Below, in pieces: positions 56,590 through 64,000 of a stretch of 64,000 bases of DNA. The notes under the pieces were generated by a model. It ran no database searches and was not told where the DNA came from. It worked only from the letters and a program-made list of their open reading frames with translations. Origin of the DNA: Paraspadella gotoi. Lineage: Eukaryota; Animalia; Chaetognatha. Position 1 is the stretch's first letter; the number at the start of each line of letters is the position of its first letter. Where the stretch lies: assembly GCA_051294375.1 (NCBI GenBank), contig CM119263.1, forward strand, positions 9,354,432 to 9,418,431, read 5' to 3'. The position numbers and the translations under genes are program-made.

Positions 56590-58809
56590 CTGGGCCAAGC
56601 CAAGACGCCCGTGTCTAATTTACCGATTCAAAAATAAGATTTTCTTTTCTCGAAGAAAAAAATATTATTCGACGTAAGGAGAAGCAACTGTTTCATTTTC
56701 CTTCTTAGTTTTTAGATAGATATTTTCCTGTCTCTTTGTCGTTTCATTTTTTTTAAATTGTATCTTCAAATTTAGGATTGTTTTTTCAACTGTTTGTATA
56801 ATTTTGTTTTAGAAAATTGTTCCCTCACTCGAAAAAAAAAAAATCTTTTCTGATGAAAAGTGGTTAGTTCATTTGATTTTGTTTTTGATTTTAGTTTTAT
56901 AAACACTATGTATATGATATAAAGTAGGTGGGTTTAAAAAAAAAAAATTATGATTAATACTATGTGAATAAAGTTTTCATTTCCTGTCCTCAGTTTGCAA
57001 ATTCCTGTTGTTTATATATATAGGTTATCTTATCGATTTTTATTTATTTTTTTTGTTTTGATTGAAAAATTTGACCATTCTTTTTAGTGATTAGCGAAGT
57101 TTGTTTTTACTTTTGGCTTATTTTAAAATTGACTTAATGATTTCCAACTTAATTTTCTTCTCCTTCATTTCTTCCTTTTTTTCCTTCAGTTTCTTCATTT
57201 TCTTTATTTTTTTTATTTTTTTCTTGTTCGTCGGAAAACGTCCACTCATTCTATGCGTCAAAAATTATTCGCGCCTGAAATGCAATTCTCGTCATCGCCG
57301 CCATCTTGGAAAACATAAGGGCGTAATAATAAAAAAATTTAAAAAAAACAAGAACAGCAACAGAAACAACAAAACGCCAAAAAAACCTGGATATATTGCG
57401 TGCATAATATTTATTATTCAGATAATTACTTATTTCTAACAATTTAAATTTATGTGCAAACCTTTATGTGTAATCTGTCACAAAAGATTGAGCGGCCTCA
57501 CCGCTCGCGGATTGGATCTAAGGTTGGTGTTCAAATCAAACAACGAAAATTAAAACAAAAGCGAATCTAACAGAAAAGATCGCAAAGAAAAGTCACTCAC
57601 CTATCGCCCCATCCGCCGAGTCGAGTGACCCTCTACATATCTTTTGTCAGGTTATCGCTAAACTTTATGTTTAAAATATTCTATGAAATTGGTACAACAA
57701 ATATAATGTTTTTATATGTTATTTTTATATAGGTTTTTTAAATCTAACGTTGGTGGGTAAGAAAAGAGTAAGAAAATATTTTGCTATCACTCATTTATAA
57801 TTAAATAAAATATCATGTTAAAGTTCTCAGAAATATATTTTGATTTTAGTTTTTTTCAAAAAACTTTAACCATATCTTAATCGATCTTAATGAAGAAGAT
57901 GAAGAATTTAGTTTTTAGAAAGTTGTATGTAAATTATGTAAGTAATCTATTTGTTAATTTACCTCGTCAATTATTTTGTATGTAATCGTTACGCATTTTA
58001 ATGTCGTCTCATCGTTCGTCCTCGCGCTCGCCTCGAACCATCGTCAAATAATCGAAATCTCAAAAAAAAAAATTAAAATTTATAATCAAATTCTAATGTT
58101 AAATTTAAAATTTATAGTATATGCTCCTGATCTGAAATGAAGAATTTCAGCGGAAATAACTTTAATACCCCCCCCCCTTTCTTCTGGCTTTTTTCCCCTT
58201 TTAACCTTTCAAGCCAAGCGCAGATCACTGTGGGGGACCTTTAACCAATCAGGTTACGGGCTTTCACGAAATCAACCAATCACCGCGACAATTCCCGAAT
58301 TGTCGGCTTAATTAGAAATAGTTATAGGATAGCGTATAGTTACAGTAACGATCCACGAACAACTACAATTAAGACTTTTTTAAAAAAAAAGCAATTTTCC
58401 CCCTTAACGGGCGGGTGACTTTACGATTAATCCAATGCACAGAGGTTCGCCGGATATATATGTATCATTGCCATCATTGGTACCGTATTGTAAAGGTTTT
58501 TGCGATCCCCGTGGATCCTTTCAATCCGTTTTCGTTATATCCGATGATCATTTTCCTCGGATGAAGTGACTTTTGCACCCAACGATTTCAACTCTTTTTC
58601 TTGATTCTTTCGTAAACGATGCTGTCGAATTTTTCGTTGAAACCTTGTTCTTTTTAAGTTTTTCAGGTTAAGCGCTGAGGCTATATTTTTTTATGAATTA
58701 AAGCCGCTCCTTTGTTTGTAAAAAAAATAATTTTTTTATAACTTTCTTTCTATCATTAGTCACGCATAGCGAAGTCTTCGGCCGGAGGCTCAGCCGACTA
58801 AAGGGCAAC

Positions 58810-58869
<60 letters not shown>

Positions 58870-59465
58870 CCTCCATTTTATCGGGCACCGACCTCCAAAA
58901 AACCCAAAAACCGGCAGGAAATTTTTGGATTTTATGAACAAAGAAAACAAAAAAAAAGCCTAGAGAATGAAAGAAACTGAGACAGAGAGACAGATTTTTA
59001 AAGTTTTAAAAGAATATAAAAGAGTTTAAGGGGGGAAAAAGTTGGCATTTTAATCTTTCTCACGAATATTTTTTTTCCTCGTGACCACAAAGGGGTTATG
59101 GTTCTTGTTCGTGTGTCGCTTTTTAAATGAAAAAATCATAAGCGAAAAAACAGACATTGAGAAAGGAATTTATTTTTTACAAGTTGTCCCTTTAAAAAAA
59201 CAATGAGGGTGGAGTTCTGCAATTTAGATCGGGAGCTGTATGCATTTTTAAAAATTTAATAGTGATTTTTAAAACAAAAAGTCAGTATCACCTTAAGTTT
59301 TTAGTTTTGCTTTGTTATTGAAAGAAAAAAAAACAAAACAAAAAAAATACACTTTCAGCTTCAGCAGCAGCGTCAGCAGCAACAGCCATTATTCGCAACA
59401 AAAGTGAAATTAATTCTTTGATTTTTTCTGTGAGGATCGAGTCGTTAATCGTGACCGTCCCCTCG

Positions 59466-59522
59466 TCCCTGAGACCCTAACTTGTGAGAGGCTCTCGTTC
59501 ATAGGTTAGGCTCTCCGGAATT
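59466..59522 (+). ncRNA. mir-125: pre-miR-125; mature 5p 59466-59487, star ~59501-59522
   Basis: TCCCTGAGACCCTAACTTGTGA is the canonical miR-125-5p. The star arm ATAGGTTAGGCTCTCCGGAATT resembles known miR-125-3p. Basal UG is at -14 (59452-59453) and CNNC (CGGC, 59539-59542) is at +17. Confidence 0.97.
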
Positions 59523-59735
59523 AGGGCGTCACCGCCGACGGCACGCAGTCTCTCTGTCCAAAGGAAAAAAAAGAAAACAAAAACAAAACGACATCCAATT
59601 TGTTGGAACCGTAGAGTGCCATCTTCCGGTCAAGTTTTAGTCTTTTTCTTTCTCTCAAGGTTTCAAAACGAAGAATGATGACTCTCTCCTCAAAGACGTG
59701 AGCATTAAAAGTATTTTCCTTTCACCGCTTTTTAT

Positions 59736-59796
<61 letters not shown>

Positions 59797-59992
59797 TCTT
59801 CTCTCTCTTCTGATGACAAGTTTCTCACATCCATTTTTCTACGTATTGAAAATAGACCATTCATTTTTTTTCCATTAAAACTAATTAAAATTTTTCTCTT
59901 CCTCTTCCAGCCACCAATGGCCAAGCCGAAGATTCTCTCTCGTCGCTCGTCTTAAAATCGATTTAATAAATACAAAGTTTTATTTGACTTCG

Positions 59993-60073
<81 letters not shown>

Positions 60074-60537
60074 TCCTTTTTTTATTTCCCCCTCCTCTTC
60101 GTGAGGTCCCCTAGCAAGCAAGGACCACGTTAAAAAAAATCCGCCAGATCCAAAACTATTTTAAAGAATTATTTCGTTATGTCCACAATTGTTTAATAAA
60201 CCCAAATTCTAACCATCCATTACTCATAATTTCACTTATTTACTCTGCGCCCCTAACTTACCCATTCGTCCCAAACCTAAACTTAACAGAACTCATCATC
60301 CCTTCCGCCGCCACCATCGATGGCCCGACTCAACTAAAGGCGCCCACCTCGAAAGGTCATCCTGGCTTTTGGGAAGGGAGAGAGAGAGGGAGAGGGAGAG
60401 AGAGAGAGAGAGACAGAGAGAGATTTTGGCAGGCGTAAAGGAGCGGCTCGGATCGGCAGGTGGATTTTAGCGGGAAAAAAGAAAAGAGGAAATTGCAGGA
60501 AAAAAGTCGTCATTGATCGCGAAAAAATGAGAAGACG

Positions 60538-60569
<32 letters not shown>

Positions 60570-61204
60570 TACTTCGAGGACTCCGTTTATGACGTCAAAA
60601 AAAAATTAAATTAAACTTTTTGAGCGAAATTGGCGGGAACATTTCGTGTTGTGTGCAAAACTTTTTTTTGCTTATTGAGAATCTCTGCTGATTTCATTTT
60701 ATTATGTCTTTATCATTTGTTAAAATCATATATAATTTTTGTACATGTACGTTTTATGCCTGTTTCTGATTAGATTCATGCTATTGAAAAAATTTCCTGA
60801 ATTGTAATCTGCAGTAAATAATTCTTTTTAAAATTTTCTTATTAAATCTTACAATTGATATATGTACGTAAAACATGAAAAATTGTCCGAATTGTTTTTT
60901 TGTTATTAATAAATGAACATTGCAAAATATATAATTAATACTTATTTCACTTCATTATTCACGTTAGATAAAATTCAAGTCGTTTAGCTATTTTTTTTTT
61001 ATATATAGTTTGGAAGTAAGGCTCTTGTGATTTTGATACGTATTTATTACTTATTTTTTCTACTAAAAAAAAATAAAAAGTCAATTTGTGGAGCGGCTAA
61101 TTCTAAGAAAAAAGTTAAACTTTAAAATTAAGTTTAGAACATCAAGTTGATAAATGTAAGGTTAGGTGAACACTAAACAGCTGTGCCCTAAAAGATATTA
61201 ATTT

Positions 61205-61875
61205 CAAAGTATTTCTTCCAATCACACATATACAGAAGACTTCATATTATAAAATGACCAGAACACCTTCCGGGAAAACTACTGAACCAAAATCATTGAA
61301 AGTAGGAATGAACGATCGCTATAACATAGGCTATGTGAATACAAATAGAACTTTCGAGGCGAATTTTAATATTTGATCCCTGAGCCGAGATATGGGTCCC
61401 CCGTGGGGTCACACATTGGGGCAAAAAAATGGTCAAAACGGTTTTTTAAATTTTTTTAATTATTTTTGTTTTGAACGGTTGCACAGTTTCATGAACATCA
61501 GCGGTTGAAGTTAGATTTTGAATAATTTGGGAAAATAAGATGAACCATGCATCTTCAAGCAATGCTTAATTATTTAAAATTTATCAATTTTAGTTCTAAA
61601 ATGTTTTTATATGTTTAAAACGTCAATGCACCTGATGCTACTAATTTTTTTTTAAAAATGAAAAAAAAATAATCATTTTTTGGCCACCCAGGGGTCCTGC
61701 CCTAGGGCCCTTTATTTCTAGTCGGGGGTTGAATATCAAAATTCGCCTCGATAGTTCCATTTATATCATCATTAGGACTCTATATGAAAAAGTTCATTAA
61801 ATTCGATCGAGTAGTTTGGTGGGAACATTTTATAATATTAAACCTTATGTATATTTTGGTTGAAAAAAGAGTTGA
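61205..61875. mobile_element. degenerate MITE / fold-back non-autonomous element
   Basis: Arms ~61205-61435 and ~61670-61875 are diverged inverted repeats (e.g. AAATAGAACTTTCGAGGCGAATTTTAATATT vs AATATCAAAATTCGCCTCGATAGTTCCATTT). No ORF; termini and TSD not resolved. Confidence 0.6.
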
Positions 61876-62283
61876 TATTTTGTTTATAGAATGCCATAGT
61901 AGAAAAGGTTTTTGACTGCAGGGGACATCTACTGTTGAATATTTAAAATTGATTTCATATAACGAACAGTAGACACCCAATTAGCAACGATCTATACTAT
62001 AGATTCTATAGAGTCATATAATTAGTATTATAAGATTATATAGCTTAGCCCGATTATAAACAACCAAATATAAATACACAAAGGCTTGCGTGGTTCTATT
62101 GTTCCCCCGCCGGGAGTCGATAGCTAAGTAGTCAACCGACTGAGATACATGATAAGCTTATCAGATACTGAGCAGAAAAGATTAGGTCTTAATAAGACTT
62201 AATAGGAATCTTTTTAAAGGCGTCTGGACGAAGTTTCTTGAAATCCCGGAACAAAAAAAAATCGAATTTAAAAAAAAAATAAT

Positions 62284-62293
62284 ATGTCGAAAG
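62284..62293 (+). CDS. putative first coding micro-exon of the BTB-BACK gene (MSK)
   Basis: ATGTCGAAAG|GTATGA donor; phase 1 matches the acceptor TTCTCAG ending at 62382. An alternative upstream exon cannot be excluded. Confidence 0.55.
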
Positions 62294-64000
62294 GTATGAA
62301 CAATTATTTTCGTGTAAAAATTCTTTGTTTTCTTTTTTTTAGCTTCAACTCGATTTTTATCTAAAATTCTCGCATTTCTCAGTTTCTCTCCCATCTTCCT
62401 CTAACTTCTCCCATCCAGTCTCTTCCTCCCCTTCTTCCTCCCCCTCCTCTCCCACTTTTCCCCCCTCCCCCTCTTCCCCTTCCTCCCTCACCTTTCTCCT
62501 CTACCAAAATCGATTCGTCTCCGGCGACGTCGTCTTCCTCCCGCCTAGAACTCCAGCGTCGCCTCTCGAAGGAAGCGGCTCGCCCGACGTCTCAGCCACG
62601 CCCACCGATGGGGGCGAAGACGCGGTGGAGATGGCGCACTCGTGCGTGTTGGCGGCCCACAGCAAAAGGATGGAGACGCTGTTGAGTAAGAAGAGAGAAG
62701 ACGCGAGGCGGGAGTCGACTCAATCGTCCAAAGAGGTTTCTTACTTTCTTTTTTTCACGAAGAAAAAAAAGAGATGACAAAAATCCGTTGGTTCCATCCC
62801 ATTTGAAAAACAGACGCGACTTTTCGCCGACCCTCAAGAAGCATTAGCGTCGGCCGATCCTTGCATCTATAACGGCTTCGCGGAAGCGAAGGCGCCGCAC
62901 GCCAGTGGCAACGCCCAATCGTCGAGCGAAGGAGCGACAACTACCGGTCGAATCCGCCTGCGCATCCCCGCGGGCGTCTCCGTCGCCGTCTTCGCCGAAT
63001 TCCTCGATTATCTCTACAACTTCCGATTGACGTTGACGCCGGCCAACCGCGCGGCGCTGCTGACCTGCGGAGCCGCCTTCGGGGTCCAGCGTCTCGTCGA
63101 AGACTGCGAAAAGATTCTCTTCGAGACGCTGACTCATCGCAACGCAGCCGTGTTTCTTCACTACGCGTTGGAGCATGACATGGAGGAGTTGAGGTGAGCT
63201 AAGGAGATGAGGTTGGAAGTTAAGAAGTTGAGGCTTGAAATACGTTTGTTTACCTGATTGATTGATTGAATGCTAAATTAGTAAATTTAATTTATGGTTT
63301 GAACGAATATTTTATCAATTGAGTTACTAATTGATTAATTGATTAATTGATTAATTTCATGCTTTGCTGGAATTTTGATGGAATTACTTTTTTTTCGCAG
63401 AGACTCTTGCCTCCGACTCTTCAGCGCCAATCATTGTTTCTTCGAAGACGAATTCCGTCTTTTCGCTTTTTTGACGCCGAAACAAATGATCACGATTCTC
63501 TCTTCCTCCTCCTCTTCCTCCTCTTCCTCCTCGCTTCCCGTCAGCGAGGAAGAGATCTTCGAATTTGTCCTCAAGTGGCGTCGATCTCGAATCGAAGGCG
63601 CCCACGATGCCGTCGACGAGGATTTCCGAGAAATCCTCAAATGCGTTAGACTTCCAACGATGAAGGTATGTAATTTAATATATATTGCAGTGGTTTAAAC
63701 CCACCAAACCGTTTATATCGATCATTGGAGACAAGTCATATTCTACCCAAGTCCAACGCAAAGGTCCCGGGTTCTTGCCAGGTGCCGGCTAACCCGCCCT
63801 TGTGCTACAGCCTGATCCGAAGCTCAGAGACGACAAACATATTTAATCTTAACTACAAAAACAAGTCCAACTGACAACTGACAAGATCCTCCTCGGTTCT
63901 CTAACAGATGTCCTTCCTGGCCGAGCGCGTTCTTCCCACTGGCATTCTCAGCGCCCAAGAGATGTTGGACGTCTTCGCCGACGCCGCCACCCTCGCCGAG
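62284..64000 (+). CDS. BTB/POZ-BACK domain protein (BTBD-like Cullin-3 adaptor), 5' part, runs off the window
   Basis: Manual splice model: exons 62284-62293, 62383-62735, 62814-63193, 63401-63665, 63908->64000. All introns are GT-AG with consistent phases (1,0,2,0). Translation gives BTB motifs (LLYQNRFVSGDVVFL...AHSCVLAAHS...VFAEFLDYLYNFRLTLT...FGVQRLVEDCEKIL) and BACK motifs (SEEEIFEFVLKW...ILKCVRLPTMKMSFLAERVLPTGILS). Confidence 0.9.
62383..62735 (+). CDS. BTB-BACK gene exon: S/P-rich N-terminus and start of BTB domain
   Basis: Open frame containing GDVVFL and AHSCVLAAHSKRMETLL. Ends GAG|GTTTCT before an in-frame stop inside the 78-nt intron. Confidence 0.82.
62814..63193 (+). CDS. BTB-BACK gene exon: BTB core and start of BACK
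   Basis: CAG acceptor ending at 62813; ...GVSVAVFAEFLDYLYNFRLTLTPANRAALLTCGAAFGVQRLVEDCEKILFETLTHRNAAVFLHYALEHDMEEL; donor AG|GTGAGC. Confidence 0.9.
63401..63665 (+). CDS. BTB-BACK gene exon: BACK domain
   Basis: TTTTCGCAG acceptor; DSCLRLFSANH...SEEEIFEFVLKW...CVRLPTMK; donor AAG|GTATGT. Same frame as track ORF 63375-63698. Confidence 0.9.
63908..64000 (+). CDS. BTB-BACK gene exon, truncated by window end
   Basis: CTAACAG acceptor; MSFLAERVLPTGILSAQEMLDVFADAATLAE continues the BACK C-terminal motif. Confidence 0.85.
   Translation, partial: MSFLAERVLPTGILSAQEMLDVFADAATLAE

Noticed and set aside
57490-57630. Small hairpins (GAGCGG...CCGCTC; GTCACTC...GAGTGAC) between let-7 and mir-125 as additional miRNAs
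   Set aside because: Stems are only 6-7 bp, far short of a pre-miRNA stem, and there is no known seed.
62153-62171. Resemblance to miR-21 (AGCTTATCAGA...)
   Set aside because: Only a partial match, no pre-miRNA hairpin, miR-21 is vertebrate-specific, and the GATA palindrome explains the sequence.
62844-63176. Minus-strand 110-aa ORF and neighbouring minus ORFs
   Set aside because: Antisense shadows of the GC-rich BTB exons on the + strand.

Overview
AT-rich, (AG)n/(GAC)n microsatellite-rich genomic DNA from an invertebrate bilaterian animal, in a draft assembly with five N-gaps (four of exactly 25 N). Nearly all ORFs in the supplied track are microsatellite translation noise. Two things are firmly identifiable. 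(1) A complete let-7 complex on the + strand in ancestral order: mir-100 (mature 54669-54690), let-7 (56522-56543) and mir-125 (59466-59487). All mature arms are exact canonical sequences with matching star arms and a CNNC motif at +17; the mir-100 precursor is unusually long (~100 nt) with a structured ~56-nt loop. (2) The 5' part of a spliced BTB-BACK gene (62284 to window end) that the ORF track largely misses. The first ~43 kb is dominated by noisy inverted and direct duplications that look like long-read gap-filling artefacts or an unresolved inversion. Inside the duplicated block is the most intriguing observation: two closely spaced let-7 complementary sites with extensive 3' pairing (8985-9075; copy 25786-25880), plus a weaker third site. 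This suggests a let-7 target, sponge or decay-trigger transcript encoded near the let-7 locus itself.
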